A DNA stretch of 60,393 nucleotides from a virus (Duplodnaviria > Caudoviricetes): IMG/VR virus record IMGVR_UViG_3300046028_007120, positions 1 through 60,393 of that record, one strand, 5' to 3'. How positions within the stretch are numbered: position 1 is the first letter of the stretch; each line of letters opens with the position of its first letter. The notes under the pieces were generated by a model. The model worked only from the letters and a program-made list of their open reading frames with translations. It did not search any database and had not been told where the DNA came from. Below are positions 1 to 9,513 of this stretch, in pieces. The position numbers and the translations under genes were made by a program.

Positions 1-2
1 GA

Positions 3-200
3 TCTTAGGGTCTCACCAAAGATAGCAAAGTAAATAATCTCAGCAACGCAAGACTTACCTACACCATTACGACGATCAGGCTTATCTTTATTACAACCAG
101 TAATAACATGTAATCCCTTTTTAAAATTAACTGCTACCGGTTCTTCGCCGATAGATAGAAAGTTCTTTGCTACTACTCTTTTAAAGTTAACGTATTTCAT
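3..200 (-). CDS. gp46: Recombination exonuclease ATPase subunit (T4 gp46/SbcC/Rad50-like), N-terminal part, truncated by window edge
   Basis: Not in the ORF track. Manual translation MKYVNFKRVVAKNFLSIGEE...RRNGVGKSCVAEIIYFAIFG shows the KNFLS motif and Walker A NGVGKS. Start overlaps the gp47 stop (TAATG). Confidence 0.9.
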   Translation of the reverse strand, partial: MKYVNFKRVVAKNFLSIGEEPVAVNFKKGLHVITGCNKDKPDRRNGVGKSCVAEIIYFAIFGETLR

Positions 201-1255
201 TATGAGCACTTACGATATAAATCGAGAGTATAATCAATTATATCCTTCTTTTCTTCAATATCTAGCAAATTAATAAAGTCTGTTATAGCTTGACTTACAT
301 CAATACCAGACATGTCCTCTTTATGCTTACTATCGTCTAAAATTCGATTAAAGTTAATATCATAGTCTACTGTGACACTTTCAGGTTTAAGTAGACTTAG
401 CTTGCTGAGAAGGACATTCATATCCTCTTGACATATATTCTTATCTACTTTTAACTTAACAATATTATTAGCCACTATGTGTTTAACTCTACTAGTAATA
501 CTACCTTCCTCAACGAGCTCACTTAGTGTAAGTTTTTCATATAAGGGAGATATTTTATTTTCAATAAAATCATACTCCATTGAATCGAGATCTAAAATAT
601 GATAACCTTTACTATTACCTGCATCACCAAAGTCCATTTGAAAGGGATTACCAACATATAAAATAGTACCTGTACTATAGACTTTTTCGTGTCTAGTATG
701 AAAGTGACCTGAGAAAACTAATTTAGATTTAGCTAATAGATCTTTTACTTTAATGCCCTCTTCACATATCTTAGTGCTATTAACTTTAAAGGTCTCAATC
801 TCGAAGTGACCAAATATAACATCACATTTAGATATATCCTCGACGTTTGTATTCCAAGGACAGAATGTAATAGTTTTATCAAACCATTCCACTGATGTAA
901 TACTATCGAATATGTTTACATTCTTACGATTTTTAAAAATAGAAAGTGATGTAACATCTGTTCGATGTTTAAAGTACATATCATGATTACCCGGTATAGC
1001 GAAAATATTAAACTCTTGAAGTATGTCTAGTATGTTAGCTGATACCTGTAAGGTATTAACAGATATCTCACTTCTATTATGATGCCAATCACCACAGAAT
1101 ATAATATCTTTAATATTACGTTTATTAAGATCTACTTTTAACCAATTAGCCCATTCAATAGCTATATTATGCCAAAATGTGCTATTAGAGTGAACACCAA
1201 GGTGCAGATCTGATATTATAGCTATTTTAGCTTTCTTCGCTGTTGTAACCGTCAT
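200..1255 (-). CDS. gp47: Recombination endonuclease subunit (T4 gp47/SbcD/Mre11-like metallophosphoesterase)
   Basis: Motifs SDLHLG, GDWHH, GNHD, GHFH. Directly upstream of gp46. Confidence 0.93.
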   Translation of the reverse strand: MTVTTAKKAKIAIISDLHLGVHSNSTFWHNIAIEWANWLKVDLNKRNIKDIIFCGDWHHNRSEISVNTLQVSANILDILQEFNIFAIPGNHDMYFKHRTDVTSLSIFKNRKNVNIFDSITSVEWFDKTITFCPWNTNVEDISKCDVIFGHFEIETFKVNSTKICEEGIKVKDLLAKSKLVFSGHFHTRHEKVYSTGTILYVGNPFQMDFGDAGNSKGYHILDLDSMEYDFIENKISPLYEKLTLSELVEEGSITSRVKHIVANNIVKLKVDKNICQEDMNVLLSKLSLLKPESVTVDYDINFNRILDDSKHKEDMSGIDVSQAITDFINLLDIEEKKDIIDYTLDLYRKCS

Positions 1256-1679
1256 AATAGTCTGAGTCCATAGGTTTAACGTAAATTGAGTGACCGCTAC
1301 CTGCAGAAGAGTCTATCATACTATCTTCATACACTCTATCTCTATAGTTTTTAAGAGTTTCGTGATGACGCTTTTCCTTTTTAATTCGGTTAATAAAAGC
1401 GTGAAAAGCGATTGTAGTAAAATAAGAGAAAGGGTTTGAGTTAGCGTCAAAATTATATTTTTTAAATTTGAGAGCGCTATACATCTTAATAAGCGCATCA
1501 CCAATCATTTCCTCCTTATAGGAGTAGTTAATAAATGACGGATTAAAGCTTAGACCATAAGCTATTTTTTTAATATTTTCTGCAAGATCGTCAGTTAATA
1601 TATCGGTATCATAATACACCTGAAGAGAGTCCTTAAACTCCTTAGGTATTACATAAAATTCTTTTACTCCCTTAGCCAT
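1227..1679 (-). CDS. gp55: Late-transcription sigma factor (T4 gp55-like)
   Basis: SFINYSYKEEMIGDA and NPFSYFTTIAFHAFINRIKKEK motifs. Start placed at MAKGVKE, just downstream of a promoter-like element. Confidence 0.92.
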   Translation of the reverse strand: MAKGVKEFYVIPKEFKDSLQVYYDTDILTDDLAENIKKIAYGLSFNPSFINYSYKEEMIGDALIKMYSALKFKKYNFDANSNPFSYFTTIAFHAFINRIKKEKRHHETLKNYRDRVYEDSMIDSSAGSGHSIYVKPMDSDYYDGYNSEES

Positions 1680-1708
1680 ATCTAATAATATGGGAGGTTG
1701 TAATAATA

Positions 1709-3145
1709 TCAAGGCTGTATAATATTTTTAATAGAGTATTCTATCTTTTCTACAGTATATATATCCTGTCTTTTGTTACAATGTGCTTTGCCATACTTAA
1801 GATTGTCACATATATCTATAATATTGAGCTTAGTCTTACTCTCATGCTGTCGTAGACCGCGGCCAATAGATTGAACCGTCCTTACAAAGGACTTACCACC
1901 AGCAGCAAATATAATATTATGCAGATTCTTAATGTTGACCCCGGTAGAGAAAATAGCACTGATAGCAACACATATAATATTGCTATGTTCCTCCATTAAA
2001 TTTTTAATACGCTCTCTCTCCTCTACTTCAATCTCACCTCTTATATAAAAAACTTGTCTTTCACTTATATTACTCAGGTAATTAAACATTGACTCACCAT
2101 GAGCTAGATGATTAACAAGTACAAGAGTATTGTTGTTTAGTCTCTTGCAGATAGTACCAATAACCTCATTACGATATTTATTATCGTATATAAATGACAA
2201 TTCATCTCGATATTCATTATCAGTTAACCTTAATGGCTTACATTTATAAGTAATATCTAGTATTTTAACTTGTACATTGACAAGAAAGTGTTCTGATCTT
2301 AATTCATAACTAGACTTTTCGAAAATAACTGGTCCAAATTTACCAATAATATTCCATTTATCTATTTGTTCTTCCGGTAGTGTACCTGTAAAGCCAAACT
2401 TGTTTTTCGTCTTTATCTTAGATACAATTTTAGTGATTTCGTTACCTGACTTTACCTTATGGCATTCATCAACAATTAGCAGATCTACGAATTTAAGAAA
2501 GTCATTATCCTCAAACTTGCTCTGCAGAATACCAGTATTACATATTATTACATTAGCAGTAAGGTCTGGAGTTATACTACCGGTCCATCTAGTAGTCTTA
2601 AAGTTTACACCGCAATTTAAAAACTCATTATAAGTTTGAGTTACAAGACCTAAATCAGGTACAATTAATAAACACTTAAATGTATTTTTATTATTATTGT
2701 TATTAAAAAAGCTCTCTATAAGAGCAGCTGTAATAAACGTCTTACCAGCACCTGTACCTAACACACAAACCCCTCTACCAAACTTAAGAGCCTTTACTAT
2801 TACCTCTCTTTGATAATCTCTTAGAGATAATTTAAAGTCACCACTAAGAGTGAAATCGTTACTACTATTTAATACTTTTTGCAGACTATCACTTATAGAT
2901 ATATCAGCAACTACTTGAATTTGTATGAGATATTTTCTTATATCCCAGTACATTCCTAGATCACATGTACCAGTAGGAGTTATAATATACTTTCTACGAG
3001 CTACGAACATTCCACGGCGACGAGCAAATACAGCTCCCTTATTGTCTACACTAAAGTGCTCTCTTACTTGAGTAAACACATCACTATCGTCACAGATAAA
3101 GGTAAGTTTATCTGTTGTCTGCTTGTAGTCAAACTTAATTATCAC
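1709..3145 (-). CDS. uvsW: UvsW-like SF2 DNA helicase
   Basis: LRDYQ Q-motif, GTGAGKT, DECH, GFTGT, STGVNIKNLH, QSIGRGLR. Confidence 0.92.
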   Translation of the reverse strand: MIIKFDYKQTTDKLTFICDDSDVFTQVREHFSVDNKGAVFARRRGMFVARRKYIITPTGTCDLGMYWDIRKYLIQIQVVADISISDSLQKVLNSSNDFTLSGDFKLSLRDYQREVIVKALKFGRGVCVLGTGAGKTFITAALIESFFNNNNNKNTFKCLLIVPDLGLVTQTYNEFLNCGVNFKTTRWTGSITPDLTANVIICNTGILQSKFEDNDFLKFVDLLIVDECHKVKSGNEITKIVSKIKTKNKFGFTGTLPEEQIDKWNIIGKFGPVIFEKSSYELRSEHFLVNVQVKILDITYKCKPLRLTDNEYRDELSFIYDNKYRNEVIGTICKRLNNNTLVLVNHLAHGESMFNYLSNISERQVFYIRGEIEVEERERIKNLMEEHSNIICVAISAIFSTGVNIKNLHNIIFAAGGKSFVRTVQSIGRGLRQHESKTKLNIIDICDNLKYGKAHCNKRQDIYTVEKIEYSIKNIIQP

Positions 3146-3541
3146 TTAGGCTTGTTCTGACTGGTTAATCTGTATGATGTTTCGTATCTCCCAATGCATA
3201 CTAGCGAATATCTTCTCTACCTTTTCGAGATATTCAATAATATAATCGAACTCTCTAATTTGATCATTAATGTCTTCAATCTCTTTTGAGCTCTCTGCTG
3301 CAATATCAGCTGTTACCGAGGTCATCTTGATAGGACTTAGCTCTACAATACGCTTTGATATATCTTTCTTTAGACTCTTCTTATCTCTTAGTAAGTTATT
3401 ACGTTTAATCTTTGCATCAATAAGACGAGCTACCCAAAAATGCTTTCTTGAAGGTAATCTAAGCTGTACCTCTTTAATATTAAAATCATTAACAATGAGA
3501 TCCTGCTTAATCTCCTCGATATATCTTTCCATGATGCTCAT
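3146..3541 (-). CDS. uvsY: Recombination mediator UvsY-like
   Basis: Helical protein of about 130 aa ending EYLEKVEK...WEIRNII. Adjacent to uvsW as in T4-like phages. Start adjusted to MSIMERY. Confidence 0.75.
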   Translation of the reverse strand: MSIMERYIEEIKQDLIVNDFNIKEVQLRLPSRKHFWVARLIDAKIKRNNLLRDKKSLKKDISKRIVELSPIKMTSVTADIAAESSKEIEDINDQIREFDYIIEYLEKVEKIFASMHWEIRNIIQINQSEQA

Positions 3542-3564
3542 CATACAATATAAGTATATATAAG

Positions 3565-3831
3565 ATGGACTCAACAAGTAAGTTTGAAAAAGCCTTTATT
3601 AATATTTTAGAAGAAGATACTTCGACGGGAGGTGCACTCGGTACTTCAGAAGGAGGATTTGATCCAGCTGTTAATATAAATTCATCAGACTTTTATGCAC
3701 GTGGTGATGCAAGAGTTCCAAAGGGTGGTAAGACTATACAACGTCGTTCTGGTATACCTACTATTTTAAAGAGAAAGAGATCTAAAAAGAAGTCGAAAAA
3801 GAGGAAACGAGTCATTAATACTTCATTGTGA
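3565..3831 (+). CDS. Hypothetical protein with basic C-terminus, possible internal head protein
   Basis: ORF preceded by TATAAGTA. Leader KFEKAFINILEE, K/R-rich tail. Confidence 0.55.
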   Translation: MDSTSKFEKAFINILEEDTSTGGALGTSEGGFDPAVNINSSDFYARGDARVPKGGKTIQRRSGIPTILKRKRSKKKSKKRKRVINTSL

Positions 3832-4238
3832 TAGATACAGGACACTGGACTACAGAATTACTTCTTGAAAGTGATCATCAACCTTATGGTTTTATATATG
3901 TTATATCAAATAACGTAACTAACAAGAAGTATATTGGTAAGAAGCAGTGTTTGTCGGTGTTTAAGCGTAAGCCACTAAAAGGTAAGAAGAACAAGCGACA
4001 TGAAATTGTAGAAACCGATTGGAAATCATACACGTCATCATCATTAGAGCTTAATAAAGATATTGAGTTATATGGTAAAGATAAATTTACCTTTAAAATT
4101 GTTAAGTGGTGCGAGTCAAAGGCTGAGCTTGCATATTTTGAGGCTAAAATGCAATTTGAATGTGATGTATTGTTTAGAGATGACTACTATAACGGTATTA
4201 TTAACTGTAGGCTATGCAGATTTAAGATAAAAAGTTAA
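3828..4238 (+). CDS. Small GIY-YIG endonuclease
   Basis: YGFIY...KKYIGKK motif and conserved E (AYFEAK). Catalytic domain only. Confidence 0.8.
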   Translation: MIDTGHWTTELLLESDHQPYGFIYVISNNVTNKKYIGKKQCLSVFKRKPLKGKKNKRHEIVETDWKSYTSSSLELNKDIELYGKDKFTFKIVKWCESKAELAYFEAKMQFECDVLFRDDYYNGIINCRLCRFKIKS

Positions 4239-4258
4239 AAATAGTCTTATTGCACTAA

Positions 4259-4277
4259 TAACGAACTTGTATACAAT
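4259..4277 (+). promoter_or_regulatory. TAACGAAC-N5-TACAAT promoter motif
   Basis: One of six copies, each directly upstream of a start codon. Confidence 0.65.
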
Positions 4278-4286
4278 TGTTTTATA

Positions 4287-4793
4287 ATGATAGATCTTAT
4301 ACTATCTAATTATAATATATTATTAATAAGTTCTAGTATAATAATTGATATAGCACATAAAGATACAGTTAAGTTTTGTATTGATATAGGATTAGAGTGT
4401 GAGTTTAGGAAGAAAGATATAAAGAATCTATATTACAATTTCTTTATATATAATTTGTGCGAGATTATAAGGAATAATAAAACCAATTATAGAGTTGTTG
4501 TATACCATGATACATCACAGGTAGTAGAATCGCATGATTTATATATGGTTAATAAGGTTAGTAATATACTGCCGGTTACTGTAATTAATAACGAACTTGA
4601 TATTTACATATTCTACAAATTAGCTATTAATAAGGATGCTGAATCGATAGTAATTTTAGATAAGCTTAAAGTTCCTGATGCTTTAAACTTAAATTTGCAA
4701 AAACTTAAGAGATTCCTAAAAACCAATAACTTAAAGTTTTTAAACGATACCTATTTTAAATCTATCCAAACTAAAATGGCTCTTTACACATAA
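4287..4793 (+). CDS. Hypothetical protein
   Basis: 168-aa ORF with an upstream promoter motif. Confidence 0.55.
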   Translation: MIDLILSNYNILLISSSIIIDIAHKDTVKFCIDIGLECEFRKKDIKNLYYNFFIYNLCEIIRNNKTNYRVVVYHDTSQVVESHDLYMVNKVSNILPVTVINNELDIYIFYKLAINKDAESIVILDKLKVPDALNLNLQKLKRFLKTNNLKFLNDTYFKSIQTKMALYT

Positions 4794-4801
4794 ATACTAG
4801 T

Positions 4802-5161
4802 ATGACAAAGTTTCTGCATATAGTAGAGCAAAATTTACCTGATTCAGACTACCAAGATCAATTTAATTTACTTATGAAGTTTAAAGAAGATACACTTGCT
4901 CTTTATAAGTCAGGTAAACTAGATTTTTTTATTGCACCTATCCATAATACAGGTTCAGTTGAACTAATAAGTAGAGATGGTAAAAAATGTATATTAAATT
5001 TAAGAGCTAACGAGGAAGCAGAAGATCCTGTTATGAAAAAACCTAACCCACTTAACGATATGCTTAATAAAGCAGACCCAAGGCTTCTTGATAAAGCTAA
5101 AAGAGCTGCATTAGCTGTAGGAAGTGAGCTTGAGAGAATTGCAGCGAATAGACCGAAATGA
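4802..5161 (+). CDS. Hypothetical late protein
   Basis: ORF preceded by CATAAATA. Leader MTKFLHIVEQ. Confidence 0.6.
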   Translation: MTKFLHIVEQNLPDSDYQDQFNLLMKFKEDTLALYKSGKLDFFIAPIHNTGSVELISRDGKKCILNLRANEEAEDPVMKKPNPLNDMLNKADPRLLDKAKRAALAVGSELERIAANRPK

Positions 5162-5409
5162 AGACTTTAAATTTAATTAACAAATACTTAAAACTTCTTG
5201 AACAGGATGAAAATCCTGAGCAACCTATTGATCCAACTGAGACAGGAGAAAATCCTCCACAGGAAGCAGAGACATCAACAGAACCAACTGTAGAACCTCT
5301 AACATCTATTGCTGAACAAAGTTATATTTCTTTAGCAGCTCGAGCGTTTGCTTATAAACCTACAGATGAGCAGATATCTCATGTTAACGACGCTCTATTA
5401 ATGTCTTAA
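5158..5409 (+). CDS. Hypothetical protein, short paralog of 5424..5837
   Basis: Shares MKTLNLINKY..LEQDE and AEQxYISLxAxAFAYKP with the next ORF. Confidence 0.65.
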   Translation: MKTLNLINKYLKLLEQDENPEQPIDPTETGENPPQEAETSTEPTVEPLTSIAEQSYISLAARAFAYKPTDEQISHVNDALLMS

Positions 5410-5423
5410 TAAATTATAACAAG

Positions 5424-5837
5424 ATGAAGACCTTAAACTTGATTAACAAATACTTTAAGATTCTTGAGCAAGACGAAGCTCAGAATCAACCTACTGCTCA
5501 AGCAGAACCAGCAGCAGAACCAGTAACGGAGCCAGATCAATCTGCAGAGCCCTTAGTGTCTCTTGCTGAACAAGGATATATTTCTCTCGTAGCTCAAGCG
5601 TTTGCTTACAAGCCACCTGATGATCAAATTACACGTGTTAACGATGCTTTATTAAAAGCTAATACTACTAACCCTCGAGTAATTAGAGAATTAATTGAAG
5701 GTTATTTACCTCCTAATTCAGAAAGTATAGATGAATTATTATCGAATCACAAAGACCCTAGATTAATTAGAGATTTAATTGAAGGCTATTTGCCAGACAG
5801 TTCTGATAGTATCGATAGCTTATTAACAGATGCGTAA
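5424..5837 (+). CDS. Hypothetical protein, paralog of 5158..5409, with a duplicated C-terminal motif
   Basis: Two copies of PRxIRxLIEGYLPxxSxSIDxLL. Confidence 0.7.
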   Translation: MKTLNLINKYFKILEQDEAQNQPTAQAEPAAEPVTEPDQSAEPLVSLAEQGYISLVAQAFAYKPPDDQITRVNDALLKANTTNPRVIRELIEGYLPPNSESIDELLSNHKDPRLIRDLIEGYLPDSSDSIDSLLTDA

Positions 5838-7117
5838 TGAATACTAGATTAATTCAAGCTTATAATAAAGTTAATAGAGTAGATGTTCCTAAACATAGAC
5901 ACTTAACTGTCTTGCGTGAAGATACAATCTATAAGAGTAAGGCTCAGCTTTCGAAAGCAATAAAAGACACCGAAGATACCTTTAAAACTAGTGTTAAAGG
6001 TGACTCTATCCGAGTTACTCCGAGTGATAAAACTAGTACATCCACGAGAGAAGAGCTTGTTAAAAAGTTTGAAGATACCTTACGCGATATTAATCTTGTA
6101 ATTAAGGATATATTACCTAAGAAGGTAGGTGCATCCTCTATGTACCCAACATATGTAGTTACAGACGATAGTTCTACTGAATATCAGATTGTTCTCGGCG
6201 GCGGTGCTGCTTCGAACAAGGGCATGAAATATGAACGCGATGTTTTAAAGTCTCTTGAGGAATACTTTACTAAAATAGACCTGGGAGAAGATATTGACAA
6301 ACCTGCTTTTTTAACTGAATTAGAAGATAAGCTTGATATAACATTTACAGGTATTAAAGATGGTATAGATTTCGATCGAAAGGTTAAAAGACCTTTGGAT
6401 GCTGATGGACCTGAAGATAAAGGTGAAGTTATTGCAGATCTAGCTCTTAAAGATGAAGATGGTGAAGTATATTATATATCCTTGAAGGATATAGGTGGAA
6501 TAACTGTAGCAAATAATGGAGCTGCTGGTATGTTTAGCGTAGATCGTAAAACAAAAGCAGTAGAGTTTAATAGGGAAAAAAGTGATATAGGCAAAAAGGT
6601 TTTCGAGGCATCAGGTATTAATGAAGAAGGTATTAAAAAGGTAGAACAGGGGTTATCAGATTATCTAAATGAGGTAGATTCTGAACAGGGTTTAGAGGAC
6701 ATTGAAGACACGACCGATTTAGCTAATATACCGCTTTTAAAGAAATTGCTTAAATCAGCCTTTGATTATGGGTACATTTACGTAAAAAGAAAAACTTCTG
6801 GTCACGAAATTATTGATTTAACAACTCCTGAAGATCTTGATGAATTTATAGGTGATATTGAGGCTGTAAAGGTAAAATATCCTTATTATAGGAGTGAAGG
6901 TAACAAACGAAGGAAGGGTGTATCTGTTATGATTGAGACAGAGAATAATTTATTTAGTTTTGACATAAGAAACGCATCACGTGGAATTATACCTAAACAG
7001 ATTAATCTAGTTAAGTTGAAATCAAAAAGCGAATTTAAAGTAGACGCTGGAAATGTAGACGCGGTAGCTTCTTCGAATCAAGATATGGAGTCAACCTTAC
7101 AAAAATATTTTATATGA
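5837..7117 (+). CDS. Putative PD-(D/E)xK-fold (restriction-like) nuclease
   Basis: NKGMKYE, IADLAL and YISLK are spaced like E...D...(S)xK catalytic residues. Confidence 0.5.
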   Translation: MNTRLIQAYNKVNRVDVPKHRHLTVLREDTIYKSKAQLSKAIKDTEDTFKTSVKGDSIRVTPSDKTSTSTREELVKKFEDTLRDINLVIKDILPKKVGASSMYPTYVVTDDSSTEYQIVLGGGAASNKGMKYERDVLKSLEEYFTKIDLGEDIDKPAFLTELEDKLDITFTGIKDGIDFDRKVKRPLDADGPEDKGEVIADLALKDEDGEVYYISLKDIGGITVANNGAAGMFSVDRKTKAVEFNREKSDIGKKVFEASGINEEGIKKVEQGLSDYLNEVDSEQGLEDIEDTTDLANIPLLKKLLKSAFDYGYIYVKRKTSGHEIIDLTTPEDLDEFIGDIEAVKVKYPYYRSEGNKRRKGVSVMIETENNLFSFDIRNASRGIIPKQINLVKLKSKSEFKVDAGNVDAVASSNQDMESTLQKYFI

Positions 7118-8514
7118 AAAATTTCAAGCAACACTACCAGTTAGTTAACGAGTTCTTTGATGATATCGAAGGAGCTGTTAAGCATATTGATCACTTAGAG
7201 GAAAATATTTTAAATAAAGGTAAACAAGGCGTAAAGGAGGCTTTAAATCAAATAGACGCCTCAATTTCCTACTTTTTGGATGATTCTGATTACAAAATCA
7301 GTACCAAGTTCGATGGTTCACCTGCTATAGTAGCTGGTGTTGATGTTAATGGTAGATTCTTCGTTGGTACTAAGTCAATTTTCGGTAAAAAAGATGAGGT
7401 GACTGGTAAGCGTAAGATTTGCTATAATGCGGAAGATGTAAATACTTATTTTGGTGCCCAGCCTGAACTGGCAGAAAAAATAAATCTAGCACTAGAATAT
7501 TTACCATCTCTTAATTTAACAGGTATATATCAAATGGATTATATGTTTGATAACAGAATCAAGGATGAATTTACCCCTAATACAATTGATGGTGTCGCGA
7601 ATGAAAATACATTTATGACATTTAGGCCGAACAACTCTGGCATTATATATGCTGTATACCCTGATAGTCCTTACGGTCAGCAGATTATAAATTCTAAGAT
7701 TGGAGTAGCTATCCATATTGAATATGTGGTTAAGAATGGAATTCTTAAGGTTAAAAAATATACCTCATCTCCAGAAGAATTTTCTCCATCAAAGACGGTG
7801 TTTTTATTTAACATATTAACAAATAAACCAAAGAATGCAAAAAGTCAATTTGGTAAATTATTATTGAGAGATGTTAATAAGAAGAAGAATACTGCTTTAA
7901 GGTTAGCTAACTCTATTGACTTCAGCGGATTAGCTGATTACACAGCAGAACTAAAGACTTACATAAATACAGAAGTAAGATTAGGTAGATTTCTCGAAGA
8001 TCCAAAATTGTCAGCTAATGAGTTTATTAACTACATGACCATCAAGCACAAAAAAGAACTTGACATCGTAGATAAAGAGATTGAAAGTATAGAAAAGGAA
8101 GAGGAAGGCAAAAAAAAGGATAACAGTAGGGCTAGGAAGTTAAAGAAGAAGAAAGATAAGACTGAAAAAATGAATAAGGTTATCGCTGAATTGAAAGCTC
8201 TAAAACCATCTATACAAAAAGCGTTTCAAATAACACGAATTATTGCTGTTTTAAAGAACAGCCTTATTAAAATATTTAACGAGATTACTAAAAATGATCT
8301 TCTTGGTACATATGTACCAAAGTCAGACAAGGAGCCAAATGAGTGGATGACTACCGTACCAGAAGGGTTCGCTCTGTCTAGAGTGGGTAGTAACGAAGAT
8401 GATCCTCCAGTCATAACAAAGATGGTAACGAGAGTTGGTGACGAAGGTAAACCTGGATTCTCACAAATAAATTTCAGAAGACCTACTCCTGGATCTACTA
8501 ACCCAACTGCTTAA
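7114..8514 (+). CDS. Conserved T4-like phage protein (DUF6267-like) with covalent nucleotidyltransferase/RNA-ligase motifs
   Basis: HIDHLEE, STKFDGSPA (motif I KxDG), FFVGTKS, PEGFAL (motif IV), TKMV (motif V). Confidence 0.7.
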   Translation: MKNFKQHYQLVNEFFDDIEGAVKHIDHLEENILNKGKQGVKEALNQIDASISYFLDDSDYKISTKFDGSPAIVAGVDVNGRFFVGTKSIFGKKDEVTGKRKICYNAEDVNTYFGAQPELAEKINLALEYLPSLNLTGIYQMDYMFDNRIKDEFTPNTIDGVANENTFMTFRPNNSGIIYAVYPDSPYGQQIINSKIGVAIHIEYVVKNGILKVKKYTSSPEEFSPSKTVFLFNILTNKPKNAKSQFGKLLLRDVNKKKNTALRLANSIDFSGLADYTAELKTYINTEVRLGRFLEDPKLSANEFINYMTIKHKKELDIVDKEIESIEKEEEGKKKDNSRARKLKKKKDKTEKMNKVIAELKALKPSIQKAFQITRIIAVLKNSLIKIFNEITKNDLLGTYVPKSDKEPNEWMTTVPEGFALSRVGSNEDDPPVITKMVTRVGDEGKPGFSQINFRRPTPGSTNPTA

Positions 8515-9059
8515 TGAAATCCTTTAAGTTATTTTTTGAACAGGAAGAGGATTCAGTAGCTATACTACCCGGAGGCTTTAAACCACCTACCAAAGGTCAT
8601 TTTAAAGCTCTGCAGTACATTTTAAATGATGCTAAAAAAGGTATAGTATTTATTGGTAATAAGGATAGAGACGGTATAACATCTGATATGTCTGCATATA
8701 TATGGGATATATATGCTAAATATCTATCAAAACCTATTAAAATAATTGTGGCAGACAAGACTCCTGTTTTATCCACAATAGAGTATGTAGATAGTAATAG
8801 AGGTAAGAGAGTTATGGTAGGTGCAGGTGATAAAGATGAGGATATAAAGAGATATAACTACTTTATTAAAAATGTAGAAAAATATCCTTTAGTTCAGATA
8901 GTTAAGATACCATCTCAAGAACAAGGTATATCGGGTAGTAAGACAAGAGAGTTAATTGACGCTGATATAGATAAAGCTCTGGATTATTTCTTACCTGATG
9001 AGGTTAAAAGTAATATAAACGATAGAGCTCAGATAAAAAATATACTTAAGTATAAATAA
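8514..9059 (+). CDS. HIGH-superfamily nucleotidyltransferase (phage cytidyltransferase/NMNAT-like)
   Basis: PGGFKPPTKGH and ISGSKTR motifs. Confidence 0.82.
   Translation: MKSFKLFFEQEEDSVAILPGGFKPPTKGHFKALQYILNDAKKGIVFIGNKDRDGITSDMSAYIWDIYAKYLSKPIKIIVADKTPVLSTIEYVDSNRGKRVMVGAGDKDEDIKRYNYFIKNVEKYPLVQIVKIPSQEQGISGSKTRELIDADIDKALDYFLPDEVKSNINDRAQIKNILKYK
9051..9058 (+). promoter_or_regulatory. T4-type late promoter TATAAATA
   Basis: Perfect gp55 consensus 5 nt before ATG. gp55 is encoded in the window. Confidence 0.7.
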
Positions 9060-9063
9060 CAAT

Positions 9064-9513
9064 ATGTTTACTAAGCAAGATCAGCAGATTTTATCTGAAA
9101 GATATAAAGTTGTACAGGAACTAAATATTAGTCCAGCTGCTGGTATGTCGACTCTCGGTAGTCCAATTGTAATGGCTATTAGACCCCCATCTGACACTGA
9201 TCAAATTCATAATCATGATCATGATGAAGGTGAAGAACACGATGAGAGTGAGATAGAGATGGCGTGCGCCGATCTATATAAACTTGCTGAGTATTCTCCC
9301 AAGCTAATGGAGATGATTAAACAGATGCCGTCTCTTGAAGGTTGGGTAGCTGCTAAGATAACTACAGCTGCTGACTATATCGATTCTGTTTATGGTTGGC
9401 TTAAGTACTCTAACAGTGAAGATTGTGGATGTGAAGACGGTCATGAGGATTCGCATAATCACTCTGACACCAAACTCATGTTTTCAACTGGATATGAAGA
9501 TGAACAGCTTTAA
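9064..9513 (+). CDS. Conserved hypothetical late protein with His/acidic-rich segments
   Basis: TATAAATA at 9051. Helix LEGWVAAKITTAADYIDSV of a type I associate with T4-like head-associated proteins. Confidence 0.65.
   Translation: MFTKQDQQILSERYKVVQELNISPAAGMSTLGSPIVMAIRPPSDTDQIHNHDHDEGEEHDESEIEMACADLYKLAEYSPKLMEMIKQMPSLEGWVAAKITTAADYIDSVYGWLKYSNSEDCGCEDGHEDSHNHSDTKLMFSTGYEDEQL

Noticed and set aside
3828-4238. Mobile homing endonuclease or intron
   Set aside because: Catalytic domain only, no DNA-binding repeats and no interrupted host gene. Kept as an ordinary CDS.
4589-4596. Seventh TAACGAAC copy
   Set aside because: It lies inside a CDS with no -10 hexamer at the fixed spacing.
9392-9493. 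Longer N-termini given by the ORF track (also at 1712, 3577, 17734, 24433 and 31764)
   Set aside because: They use alternative starts overlapping upstream genes or promoters. Downstream ATGs fit the promoter and coupling pattern better.
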